64,000 nucleotides of DNA from Pecten maximus (lineage: Eukaryota): contig NC_047030.1 in the NCBI RefSeq assembly GCF_902652985.1, forward strand, positions 14,508,001 to 14,572,000. Reading direction: 5' to 3'. Below are positions 24,301 to 35,936 of the stretch, piece after piece. A program made the position numbers and the translations under genes. Every line of letters starts with the position of its first letter. Position 1 is the stretch's first letter. The notes beneath the pieces are model-generated. The model was not told the origin of the DNA. It worked only from the letters and a program-made list of their open reading frames with translations, and made no database searches.

Positions 24301-27300
24301 ACTCTCTGTATGTAATGGTAACTAGACTGACACCCTCTATGTATGTAATGGTAACTAGACTGACACCCTCTATGTATGTAATGGTAACAAGACTGACACC
24401 CTCTATATATGTAATGGTAACTAGACTGACACCCTCTATGTATGTAATGGTAACTAGACTGACACTCTCTGTATGTAATGGTAACTAGACTGACACCCTC
24501 TATGTATGTAATGGTAACTAGACTGACACCATCTATGTATGTAATAGTAACAAGACTGACACCCTCTATATATGTAATGGTAACTAGACTGACACCCTCT
24601 GTATGTAATGGTAACTAGACTGACACCCTCTGTGTATGTAATGGTAACTAGACTGACACCCTCTTTGTATGTAATGGTAACTAGACTGACACCCTCTATG
24701 TATGTAATGGTAACTAGACTGACACCCTCTATGTATGTAATGGTAACTAGACTGACACCCTCTGTGTATGAAATGGTAACTAGACTGACACCCTCTATGT
24801 ATGTAATGGTAACTAGACTGACACCCTCTATGTATGTAATGGTAACTAGACTGACACCCTCTGTATGTAATGGTAACTAGACTGACACCCTCTGTGTATG
24901 TAATGGTAACTAGACTGATACCCTCTATATATGTAATGGTAACTAGACTGACACCCTCTGTGTATGTAATGGTAACTAGACTGACAACCTCTATGTATGT
25001 AATGGTAACTAGACTGACACCCTCTGTGTATGTAATGGTAACTAGACTGACACCCTCTATGTATGTAATGGTAACTAGACTGACACCCTCTATGTATGTA
25101 ATGGTAACTAGACTGACACCCTCTGTATGTAATGGTAACTAGACTGACACCCTCTATGTATGTAATGGTAACTAGACTGATACCCTCTATATATGTAATG
25201 GTAACTAGACTGACACCCTCTGTGTATGTAATGGTAACTAGACTGACAACCTCTGTATATGTAATGGTAACTAGACTGACATCCTCTATATATATAATGG
25301 TAACTAGACTGACATCCTCTATATATATAATGGTAACTAGACTGACATCCTCTATGTATGTAATGGTAACTAGACTGACATCCTCTATGTATGTAATGGT
25401 AACTAGACTGACACCCTCTATGTATGTAATGGTAACTAGACTGACACCCTCTATGTATGTAATAGTAACTAGACTGACACCCTCTATATATATAATGGTA
25501 ACTAGACTGACACCCTCTATGTATGTAATGGTAACTAGACTGACACCCTCTATATATATAATGGTAACTAGACTGACACCCTCTATATATATAATGGTAA
25601 CTAGACTGACATCCTCTATGTATGTAATGGTAACTAGACTGACACCCTCTATGTATGTAATGGTAACTAGACTGACACCCTCTATGTATGTAATGGTAAC
25701 TAGACTGACACCCTCTATGTATGTAATGGTAACTAGACTGACACCCTCTATATATATAATGGTAACTAGACTGACACCCTCTATATATATAATGGTAACT
25801 AGACTGACACCCTCTATGTATGTAATGGTAACTAGACTGACACCCTCTATGTATGTAATGGTAACTAGTCTGACACCCTTTTACTATTACATGATAAGGC
25901 ATAAGTTGTGTGTTACGCCAACTTTTCACTAATATTGAACATTCAGTTGTTGATACTGTCAAACCTGTTTATTACAACCACAAAAGGGATAAAGTGATAT
26001 TTACATTATTTAGAGGTTAATATAAATCAATTGTACATTTGTGGTCCTGAGTCAAAAACCTTTTTACACAATTATTATTCAATAAGTAAATATTTTGATT
26101 TAATTTACTGTTTCAGGACCGAAAACACTGGTATGATAGCAGGCCTGGGAAAGGTATGTTGTATCAGACGTACTGATTGACTAATACAATACAATAACCT
26201 TATCTGTGGATGATGAAAATATTATACAATTGTCATCAGTATCAGTTGTACATGATCCAATACCAATAAATCCTGGATTCAGAGAATAAAATGTTCATTG
26301 GACAATTCCCTTATGAAATAGGCAGAGTTTCAGGACTTTCAACGACACTGACTTATGCATGTGTCTGACTTTGTCATATAACATAACTCATTTGATCATA
26401 TTATATATATACACATTTGATCATGACTTATGCATGTGTCTGACTTTGTCAAATAACATATTAACTCATTTGATCATATTATATATATACACATTTGATC
26501 ATGACTTATGCATGTGTCTGACTTTGTCATATAACATATTAACTCATTTGATCATATTATATATATACACATTTGATCATGACTTATGCATGTGTCTGAC
26601 TTTGTCATATAACATATTAACTCATTTGATCATATTATATATATACACATTTGATCATGACTTATGCATGTGTCTGACTTTGTCATATAACATATTAACT
26701 CATTTGATCATATTATATATACACACATTTGATCATGACTTATGCATGTGTCTGACTTTGTCATATAACATATTAACTCATTTGATCATATTATATATAT
26801 ACACATTTGATCATATTATATATATACACATTTGATCATGACTTATGCATGTGTCTGACTTTGTCATATAACATATTTACACATTTGATCATATTATATA
26901 TATACACATTTGATCATATTATATATATACACATTTGATCATATTATATATATACACATTAGATCATATTATATATATACACATTAGATCAGCGCTGGCT
27001 GCGGGTAAACTGCAATCCTAAATTAAACTTCAGTTATACAACATCAATACCGATAAAAATCGTAGATTAAGTAGCACCAGTACTAATAATATCGATAGCC
27101 TGTGTCTGATTATGGAGATACACAAACATGTTGGGATAGTGACAGTTCTGTCTGCAAACTCAACTAGATTGGCTCAATGACAAACAGGATACACTGTTAA
27201 TATTATTCTAACACTAAATATTGCAAATTCCTGTTTCTGTCATTATTCTGATCAGTGTGAATACAAAATCATGTGCCAAATTTAATTTGCGTTTTCTGAT

Positions 27301-30300
27301 GTCATCAGTATTTAATCCGAACTCTGTCTACAGCCAATCATCGCGATCATAGCACAAGTGGGATGCAAATTACTGTTTGTGTCAGTACATTCAATAACAT
27401 CAATACTCGTCAAAGTTTTGAAGTCCTTTCATCGTCCACAGATAAGGTCTAACAAAATTAATGGATAGATCTGTTGTTATAAAAACACTTTTAATGTAGA
27501 TATTTTCTGATAGGATACTGTCTCTTTCATCATACATTCAGAGTTTCTTGAAACCAAACTGTTCCCAGTTTCATCAATGTTCCTTCACTTAAGGAAATTC
27601 TTAAACTTCAAACATTTTCTGTAGGAAAGCATTGTTGGATTAAAGGGAAAAAATCTGAGTGAACTTTCCTTTAATTCGGTAATGCTGTCCTATGGAAAAT
27701 TTTAGTCTGTTTTGGAAATTTTTGGTTTAATCTAGAAAGATTACTGGTATAAAAGAATTTTATTATAAATTCTAACACAGACAAAATACATTGAAATGCT
27801 TATTTGTAACATTCAGTTCATGAAAGTATGAAAAATTGGTTCATTCAGAACAATTCGATAGTGCAATAAAAAATATCTTATATAAATTGTTCTGAATCTG
27901 AAATGATAAATCATTTTCAGAAGAAGAACCTGCACACAAATTCTGTTATTTTTCTAACATTACACAATGCAAATTAATTAACTGTTTTGTGTTCAGGCTG
28001 CGGAGTTAGTGGCACAGTATCTAGACAACTACAGGAAACACATGGCTACAGTGAGAGACTATCTAGAGACACGCCTCCAGGTACGGTATAAATAGTATTA
28101 TTATACCTCACTTTTGTTAGAATTCTTTTCATTGGACGAAAACATATCACCTGACATTTTATAAATCGAATATCCCCCGACAAATGCCGTCGCCGGGGTA
28201 TAACCCATCGAATAACCATGTAGCCATGGCAGCAGAGTATTATACCCCGGTGTATAACCCCTCCGCCCGATGAATAACCCTTCGTCATCGAACGCGCCTG
28301 CATTGGAAGTCGGGCAGTGGAACTCTTTTGCGTATGTTTACTACAGAGTGTTAACTAGACGGTGTTGTCCGAAATTTAATACCTGTAAACTAATTCCTTC
28401 CCTATACCGTGTTGTATGAAATTTAATACCTGCAAACTAATTCCGACCTATACCATATTGTTCGAAATTTAATACATGGTACCTGCAAACCAATTCCAAC
28501 CTATACCATGTTGTATGAAATTTAATACCTGCAAACTAATTACGACCTATACTGTGTTGTACGAAATTTAATACTTGCAAACTTATTCCGACCTGGATAA
28601 TCCTGAAATATTTAGTTGCCATGTCTGTGAAATTTACAACTTTAAAGCATACACTTCATTAAAGTGACCTTTTCTTATTCCATAACTTTGACAATTCATG
28701 ATATCTTTGCTTATTCTCTGATCATTTGTTTTTTCTAGATGTTTTATTTTTGTTTTCTTTCGTATCTAAGAATACCATATCTTTTTGTATATATTTGGCT
28801 GTGAGTGCAACTAAAGTTTGATGTAATGTTTTAGTTCCTGTGTTTGTTTATTGTAATATTTGTTAAAAAGGAAGACAGAAAAGAAACTCTATATAAGAAA
28901 AAATGACAATATCAGGATTAACTTCTGTCGTAGGATGAGGATAGACAAAGCCAAAGGGAGATGACTCACGATTGTGACATACATACTGGTATTATCAAAT
29001 TTTTTGGTATGTGTTAAAATGAATATTCCTTTTTTGCATTTCTTTCATATGATTTCATTTTAGGATGTGTTTGGGGACCGAATTCATATCAATGGGAAGT
29101 TTGTTACCAGTGAACGTCTCCCTAATACGTGTAATGTGTCCATCTTAGGACACGGATTATTTGGTACGTATACAGGCTGTGATATAGCTGTGATGATGTT
29201 AATGTGATTAAAATCATCAGTTCATGGCTTTGTTGCCGTATTTCTCATGAACAGATGATTTTAATCAGATTGTGATAATGTATCCTCTCCGAGAGACCTT
29301 TTATGTACCGTATTGTCTCGGTAAGGCTACACAAGGTTCCCTTGTCTGATAATTGAGCAAAATCAAAAGTATTAAGTCCAAAATATGGCATATATAGAGG
29401 TTACACAACAAGTGGTTGTTAGATATGGAATTTATTTCACTCAAGTAAGTTATTTTTTAAAAGTTGCAAAAGAACTTTCATAGAACAAGACATGTGCATC
29501 ATTTTTGAGGTCTAGGAGCTCCGTTTGTATATTAGAATTTTCATTTTCTGTATATTGCTCCAAGATAATTTCAAGAGAGCACCTATCTTGAGTACTATAA
29601 TTGTTTAGCTGTGGCTTAGTTTTCATTTACACCTGAAAAAAGTCTCACTGATGAATTGTATTTAAACCCTTTGCTAACTTGCAATTTACCCTGACCCACC
29701 TTGAAGAGTTTAATTTACCCTGACCCACCTTGAAGTGTTTAATTTACCCTAACCCACCTTGAAGAGTTTAATTTACCCTGACCCACCTTGAAGTGTTTAA
29801 TTTACCCTAACCCACCTTGAAGTGTTTAATTTACCCTGACCCACCTTGAAGTGTTTAATTTACCCTGACCAACCTTGAAGAGTTTAATTTACCCTAACCC
29901 ACCTTGAAGAGTTTAATTTACCCTGACTCACCTTGAAGAGTTTAATTTACCCTGACTCACCTTGAAGAGTTTAATTTACCCTGACCCACCTTGAAGAGTT
30001 TAATTTACCCTGACCCACCTTGAAGAGTTTAATTTACCCTGACTCACCTTGAAGAGTTTAATTTACCCTGACCCACCTTGAAGAGTTTATTTGGTATATT
30101 GAATTTACACCCTGTTTTGACTGGCAGAGTTTATATTAAAACGTATGTTACAGGTCACATGGTGTTGTCTCACTGCGACAGACTGCAGGCTAGCGTTGGG
30201 GCAGCGTGCCATGCCCAGAACAGGTCAGTGTCCATTTTTTAAATGTTTTATTCAGCCTTGATAAATATGTATGTGAAAAGTCATTTGTGTATCACATGTA

Positions 30301-33292
30301 TAGGATTGTAGAGCAACGTTTTAGTGATTAAATTGTCGTCTTCATCAGGCAAATTACCAGTGAAGGGTACAATGTATATACACTAAGGTGTGAAGGGTAT
30401 GAGATTGTAATAAAAAAGACAGGTCTATTTAGATATGTACACGGAGGTGGGTTCATGCACATCTATGATAAGATTTTACACAAAGCGCACCCAAATTGAC
30501 CTGAACAGTATTTACGACCTCAGCTATGGGTGAGAACTCCAGCAAGTCTATTACACTAAATGATATTTGTTCAGTAATTTTTATATATAAAACATCAGAA
30601 TACAAACATTTGGGGATAAAAAATATAGCTCAATGCTGACTTCAATCTACATTTCAAAAACTGCTGTTTGTATGTTAATTATCACTTGCCTTTTATCCCC
30701 CGCCTTTACCGAAACAAGGGATATTAATTTGGGTTCTTCCATCCGTCTGTGCAATGACTGCAACAAATGTTTATGGTTTTTTCTTCAAAATTTGTAACAA
30801 TGTTTAAAGCCTTAAGTTAAGGGTTCTACCAAATTTGATTGCCACTTTTGCCGGACTTTATTTGACAGAGTTATGGCCGAATCATTAACTGAAAACTTTG
30901 TTTTCTACTGTTTCCGTGAAATGACTTTAACAGTTTTTTGAAAACAGATTTTCTTCAACCTTTATTGCAAGGTTAAGATTAAGAGCTAGTCCAAGTTTGA
31001 TTGCCAGTTTTGCCAGACATTATCTGGCAGAGTTATGGCCCCTTGATAAATGAACAGATCTGTTTACTGCTGTTTCCATAAAATAACTCCTACAAATATT
31101 ATTCAATTATCATCAAATTTAGTAAGAGAATTATCATCCCTTGATTTATGAAAAACATTGTTACTTGCCATTAAATAACTCTCCCAAAATATTTTCTGAA
31201 ATTCATCAAGCTAGGGAATAGGATTCAATGTATTAAGTTTGTGATAGGGTTTGGTAAATGCAGATGAGAAGAAAAGTCTACATTATCCAATAATACAAGT
31301 TCAATAAAATGTGTAACTTCTGTATAAGGCTTTACATTTTTCTTTGAGTTTCAAGCTCAACAGAATTTCTCATTCTGTCAAACTTAAATGACATGTTTAC
31401 TCCTAACCTCAAAAATATTTTCCTACAAAAGCGGTGGATATGAATTCCGCAAATTTGCTTGTTTACACCGGGGAAGTAACAGCAAGCCGTGATTGAGAAG
31501 GACCATTCGTCGAAACTTCCTTCTCTCCATCTGTCTGTTCACTGCCACAAATAGGTTAAAGTTGTTGGGGACGAAGTAAAGTGGGGAACGAGGCATTCAT
31601 GTTGGGGACGAAGTAAAGTGGGGAACAAGGAATTCATGTTGGGGACGAAGTAAAGTGGGAAACGAGGCATTCATGTTGGAGACAAAGTAAAGTGGGGAAC
31701 AAGGAATTCATGTTGGGGACGAAGTAAAGTGGGGAACGAGGCATTCATGTTGGGGACGAAGTAAAGTGGGGAACAAGGAATTCATGTTGGGGACGAAGTA
31801 AAGTGGGGAACGAGGCATTCATGTTGAGGACAAAGTAAAGTGGGAAACAAGGAATTCATGTTGGGGACGAAGTAAAGTGGGGAACGAGGAATTCATGTTG
31901 AGGACAAAGTAAAGTGGGAAACAAGGAATTCATGTTGGGGACGAAGTAAAGTGGGGAACGAGGAATTCATGTTGGGGACAAAGTAATGTTGGGAGCAAGG
32001 CATTCATGTTGGGGACAAAGTAAAGTGGGGAGCGAGGCATTCATGTTGGGGACAAAGTAAAGTGGGAAACGAGGCATTCATGTTGAGGACAAAGTAAAGT
32101 GGGAAACAAGGAATTCATGTTGGGGACAAAGTAAAGTGGGGAACAAGGAATTCATATTGGGGACGAAGTAAAGTGGGAAACGAGGCATTCATGTTGGAGA
32201 CAAAGTAAAGTGGGGAACGAGGCATTCATGTTGAGGACAAAGTAAAGTGGGGAGCGAGGCATTCATGTTGGGGACAAAGTAAAGTGGGAAACGAGGCATT
32301 CATGTTGAGGACAAAGTAAAGTGGGGAACAAGGAATTCATATTGGGGACGAAGTAAAGTGGGAAACGAGGCATTCATGTTGGAGACAAAGTAAAGTGGGG
32401 AGCGAGGCATTCATGTTGAGGACAAAGTAAAGTGGGAAACAAGGAATTCATGTTGGGGACGAAGTAAAGTGGGGAACGAGGAATTCATGTTGAGGACAAA
32501 GTAAAGTGGGAAACAAGGAATTCATGTTGGGGACAAAGTAAAGTGGGAAACGAGGCATTCATGCTGGGGACAAAGTAAAGTGGGGAACAAGGAATTCATA
32601 TTGGGGACGAAGTAAAGTGGGAAACGAGGCATTCATGTTGGAGACAAAGTAAAGTGGGGAACGAGGCATTCATGTTGGAGACAAAGTAAAGTGGGGAACG
32701 AGGCATTCATGTTGGAGACAAAGTAAAGTGGGGAATGAGGCATTCATGTCGCACCAACATATATCTAGTTTACTTCAGTGGTTTTCATTACACTTTGTTT
32801 CACATTTATTTCATTTTACAAAAATCTTTTTATATTACAATCATTAAGCAAAATGATATCCTGATCTACATTTTTTCAAACATGATCACTTCCCATGGCA
32901 ATTTGTTCTATATTTTAGATATTTCTAAGAGTTATGCCTTTTTTCTGAGTTCAATTTATAAGAATTCGTTTTTGGAAGAAGTTATTCAGTTATTAGTCAG
33001 TACACAAGTTGATTACCTTAAGAAACTGATTTAATCCGATAGTATTTCAACTGGGAGCAAATGTCGGTATCATTAAACATTGGTCATCTTTGTAAAAAGC
33101 TGATGTTGTTTCAGACCGTCGCACATACTGCTGGCTATTGGTATTCCCGAGTCTGTGGCCAGAAATGCACTTAGACTATCAGTAGGAAGGGAGACAACTC
33201 TAGCCGATATTGACGCCATCATTGAGGACCTGAAACAATCTGTGGAATTCATCGAAAATGACTCCCATACTACCGAAGCTATCACTTGCTGA
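18285..33292 (+). CDS. SCLY: Selenocysteine lyase (class V PLP-dependent, NifS-like), 13 coding exons, 434 aa
   Basis: Exons: 18285-18331, 19301-19410, 20172-20243, 21010-21038, 21214-21394, 22540-22667, 23266-23424, 23546-23655, 26117-26153, 27997-28080, 29064-29163, 30154-30223, 33115-33292. All GT-AG, 1305 nt in frame. Motifs: [29 protein letters not shown] (Asp typical of Sec-specific SCLY; NFS1 has EHK), [22 protein letters not shown] (PLP Lys), [22 protein letters not shown] (catalytic Cys). Confidence 0.95.
19301..19410 (+). CDS. SCLY: SCLY exon 2
   Basis: [10 protein letters not shown]...WGNPSSSH; AG/GT flanks. Confidence 0.93.
20172..20243 (+). CDS. SCLY: SCLY exon 3
   Basis: [20 protein letters not shown]; AG/GT flanks. 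Confidence 0.88.
20284..20506 (-). mobile_element. tRNA-derived SINE (V-domain-like) in SCLY intron 3
   Basis: A-box and B-box on the minus strand; ttctccgggtactccggctttcctccac core. Confidence 0.88.
21010..21038 (+). CDS. SCLY: SCLY exon 4 (29-nt microexon)
   Basis: ILFTSGGTE; AG acceptor, GTGAGT donor. Confidence 0.9.
21214..21394 (+). CDS. SCLY: SCLY exon 5
   Basis: ANNMI...[13 protein letters not shown]; AG/GT flanks. Confidence 0.92.
21863..22445. mobile_element. MITE, Tc1/mariner-type (TA TSD)
   Basis: ta-ccgtatatcgggttttttt ... aaaaaaaaccgatatacgg-ta. Confidence 0.8.
22540..22667 (+). CDS. SCLY: SCLY exon 6
   Basis: VTFVP...[11 protein letters not shown]; AG/GT flanks. Confidence 0.92.
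22636..22890 (+). repeat. Degenerate tandem duplication of the SCLY exon 6 3' end and splice donor
   Basis: tgttggctaacaat...tacag|gtatg repeated about 7 times. Confidence 0.88.
23266..23424 (+). CDS. SCLY: SCLY exon 7
   Basis: [10 protein letters not shown]...VGHK; AG/GT flanks. Confidence 0.93.
23546..23655 (+). CDS. SCLY: SCLY exon 8
   Basis: FYGPRIGA...[10 protein letters not shown]; AG/GT flanks. Confidence 0.93.
23710..25878. repeat. Minisatellite, 31-33-bp unit (gtaatggtaactagactgacaccctctatgtat), SCLY intron 8
   Basis: About 65 tandem copies. Confidence 0.96.
26117..26153 (+). CDS. SCLY: SCLY exon 9
   Basis: [12 protein letters not shown]; AG/GT flanks. Confidence 0.9.
26197..27448. 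mobile_element. TIR-bounded non-autonomous element containing a satellite
   Basis: accttatctgtggatgatgaaa (26197-26218) is inverted against tttcatcgtccacagataaggt (27427-27448), 1 mismatch. Confidence 0.55.
26349..26990. repeat. Satellite, 78-bp unit with ~26-bp subrepeats
   Basis: tgacttatgcatgtgtctgactttgtc...catttgatca repeated, ending in runs of the subunit alone. Confidence 0.92.
27997..28080 (+). CDS. SCLY: SCLY exon 10
   Basis: AAELV...[10 protein letters not shown]; AG/GT flanks. Confidence 0.9.
28365..28595. repeat. Degenerate tandem repeat (~47 bp, 5 copies)
   Basis: gaaatttaatacctgcaaactaattccgacctatacc recurs. Confidence 0.8.
29064..29163 (+). CDS. SCLY: SCLY exon 11
   Basis: [11 protein letters not shown]; AG/GT flanks. 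Confidence 0.9.
29683..30088. repeat. Minisatellite, 29-bp unit (aatttaccctgacccaccttgaagagttt), SCLY intron 11
   Basis: About 14 copies. Confidence 0.95.
30154..30223 (+). CDS. SCLY: SCLY exon 12
   Basis: ASVGAACH with catalytic Cys; AG/GT flanks. Confidence 0.92.
30690..31465 (-). mobile_element. Degenerate HINE-like element
   Basis: ttttatcccccgc... start, ccatccgtctgt microsatellite remnant, cagagttatggcc monomers, cttgttt end. Confidence 0.4.
31562..32748. repeat. Minisatellite, 37-bp G-rich unit (catgttggggacgaagtaaagtggggaacgaggcatt), SCLY intron 12
   Basis: About 32 copies. Confidence 0.96.
33115..33292 (+). CDS. SCLY: SCLY exon 13
   Basis: PSHILLAIG...[11 protein letters not shown]...ITC then TGA at 33290-33292. 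Confidence 0.9.
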
Positions 33293-34159
33293 GGGAGAAA
33301 ACCATTCATACATATTTATTTTCATTTGCAGCAAATCAAAATTTAGTCATTTTTAATTTCATAAACTTAAATCTTTGATTTTTAGATCATTTTGTATGTG
33401 ATGCTTTAGGCTAAAATTGGTTGATTATAATCATATTTATAAGCTAATTTTTGGTATATTGTTGTATTGTAAATATTTTCAAAGGATAATGAAACAAAAT
33501 TAACCAATTGTTCCTTGTTTCATATAAAAAGTGCTAGAGTACATAGAAAGTAATTACCATTGGCATTCTGCACAGGAAGGATCATTGCTTGGTGCATTCG
33601 TGTCTTACAGACTCTGTAGTTTGCTAATTTCAATCTTTTTGTATGTGAAAATCAATATATCAGTTAAATGAAATAAGATAATATCAGTCTAGTTTACTGT
33701 CTGTACAAACAGTAATATCACATATCTTACCAGGATACTGCCAGACTTCTTGGTTGTGATGTGTATACATCAATAGTTTACACAACTCCATATCTCAGTA
33801 CATATCTGAAATAGCATTTTCATGGAATGAGGAAACTTTTCTGGGATGAACTTTTCCACCAGAAACTATAGTATGGTATTAAATCTATACTTAGAAAATT
33901 ATACTTGTGACGTTTCTGAATGCATTATGATATAATTGTTACAATATTTATTTTATTAAAATGTACAACATCATTGTATTGTAACTTCCCACCGATGCTC
34001 ATTATGTGTGGTCACATTCCATTAATTTAAACCCCTCCATGTATGTTGATATTGTTATGCATGTTTATCTTTGTAGGATTCTTTATTACATATTGTGTCA
34101 TATATAACTAGATATTTTGTTGAAGTAAAACAATGAGATGTTAAATGGTAGGCTTGCCA

Positions 34160-35040
34160 TGACCTTTATAGCTGGATATATTACCTCCCCTGATCGGGTG
34201 GATCTGTCCTTAAAAGCTGAATATATTACCTCCCCTGATTAGGTGGATCTGTCCTTAATAGCTGAATATATTACCTCCCCTGATCAGGTGGATCTGTCCT
34301 TTATAGCTGGATATATTACCTCCCCTGATCGGGTGGATCTGTCCTTAATAGCTGAATATATTACCTCCCCTGATTAGCTGATCTGTCCTTTATTAGCTAG
34401 AGATATTGTCACACATTACCTCCCCTGATTAGCTGATCTGTCCTTTATTAGCTAGAGATATTGTCACACATTACCTCCCCTGATCAGCTGATCTGTCCTT
34501 TATAGCTGGATATATTACCTCCCCTGATCAGGTGGATATGTCATTTATTAGCTGGATATATTACCTCCCCTGATCAGGTGGACCTGTCCTTTATAGCTGG
34601 ATATATTACCTCCCCTGATTAGCTGATCTGTCCTTTATTAGCTGGAGATATTGTCACACATTATCTCCCCTGATCAGCTGACCTAACCGGTTCGTCAGTT
34701 TTTGAATGTAATATTTCAAACATACAATTTTGTATATCTTGACGGACCTGCAAATGTTAATACAGGCCTTGGGAGTCTTTGTCAAGGCTCTTCTGAAAAC
34801 AATATAAAATCGCCAGGTCTGTCTTTATTTCATAAACGAACAACACCGGTCCAACTGGTCTGTCCGTTTGGACCGCAAAAACGAAAACGGCCTTAGTTAC
34901 CTCCCCTGATCAGCTGACCTGTCCTTTATAGCTGGAGATATTGTCATAGTTGGTTACCTCCCCTGATCAGTGAACTTGTCTTATATAGCTGAAGATATTG
35001 TCATAGTTATATTACCTCCCCAATCATTTGACATGTCCTA
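34160..35040. repeat. Minisatellite, ~46-57-bp unit (atattacctcccctgatcaggtggatctgtcctttatagctg), interrupted at ~34684-34896
   Basis: ttacctcccctgat recurs throughout. Confidence 0.9.
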
Positions 35041-35504
35041 TAACTTGATAATACTATACCTCTAAACAAAATGAAGCAAATACATTACTAATCTTATCGA
35101 GAGTGAATCTCCGTTTAATGGCGAGTGAGCTAAATATAGTTCTGTGATAAGAGGATGCTTATTTCGGTTTAAATCTGTTGCTTGTTGTTAATTTGTTAAT
35201 GTTTTACTTTGTTATTTCATAACCCACTTTATTTGTTTACCTGAAGTTTTCTACAGAAACTCTGTAGATCTGGTATTATTGTCTCTACACTGTATTTGTA
35301 CATCTGCATCAGTTAAGTGTTTTAATGTTATTTTACTGCAAAGCACATGGATGATGCTGATTAAAGAGAGTTCTGTAATTGATATGAATGGTTCCAGCCT
35401 GGTATTTGACAGTTCTACATTCAATACTTCAACATTATTCTATAAAATCTCCAAACAGATAAATAAATTAATTTAGGTCTCCTTACCCAAGGATCGTCTT
35501 TAGA

Positions 35505-35936
35505 CAATCTAATTAAAATCTAGATGGTCACTCTCACTACGTTACATGAACATCTAACAACATCCCATAAGGGGTCACGTTCTGATGACCTTTGGGATGT
35601 GTGTATTTCACTTTCAGGACGAATTGTCAATTTGTCGATGTCCTCGAAGCAAACCATTTCGTCACAGCATGCATCTGAAGCAAACCATTTCGGCACAGTT
35701 GTATATAGCTATATGCTATGTTGGACGAAATGACTTGAAACAAATTGACAGATTATGCAAGCTATGCACTCTAATCATGCTAATTCGGACATGTAAAATT
35801 CACTTCCATGATTCTGGAAGTAGTCATTTGATTGCATGGCTAATCAAAAAGGTCACCCCGACGTGACCCCTTATGGGATGTTGTTAGATGTTCATGTAAC
35901 GTAGTGAGAGTGACCATCTAGATTTTAATTAGATTG
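35505..35936. mobile_element. MITE with long TIRs, Mutator-like
   Basis: ~76-bp perfect TIR caatctaattaaaatctagatggtcac...ggggtcacgt; 9-bp TSD gtctttaga/atctttaga. Confidence 0.85.

Noticed and set aside
24608-25962. ORFs of [11 protein letters not shown] and [11 protein letters not shown] repeats
   Set aside because: Artefacts of the 33-bp minisatellite; the frame breaks wherever 31-bp units occur.
26359-26835. 158-aa repetitive ORF
   Set aside because: Translation of the 78-bp satellite.
2605-32748. 26-40 bp repeat arrays as CRISPR arrays
   Set aside because: The units are directly adjacent with no unique spacers, there are no cas genes, and the context is eukaryotic and mostly intronic.
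18285-33292. Cysteine desulfurase NFS1 assignment
   Set aside because: EHDS, VGHKFYGP and SVGAACH match SCLY rather than NFS1 (EHK, SGHKIYGP, SSGSAC), and there is no evident mitochondrial presequence.
33757-33812. Second SECIS candidate (GTGA-N12-AA...TGAA)
   Set aside because: The GA pairs Watson-Crick with TC instead of forming the GA/GA quartet, and the spacing is too long.
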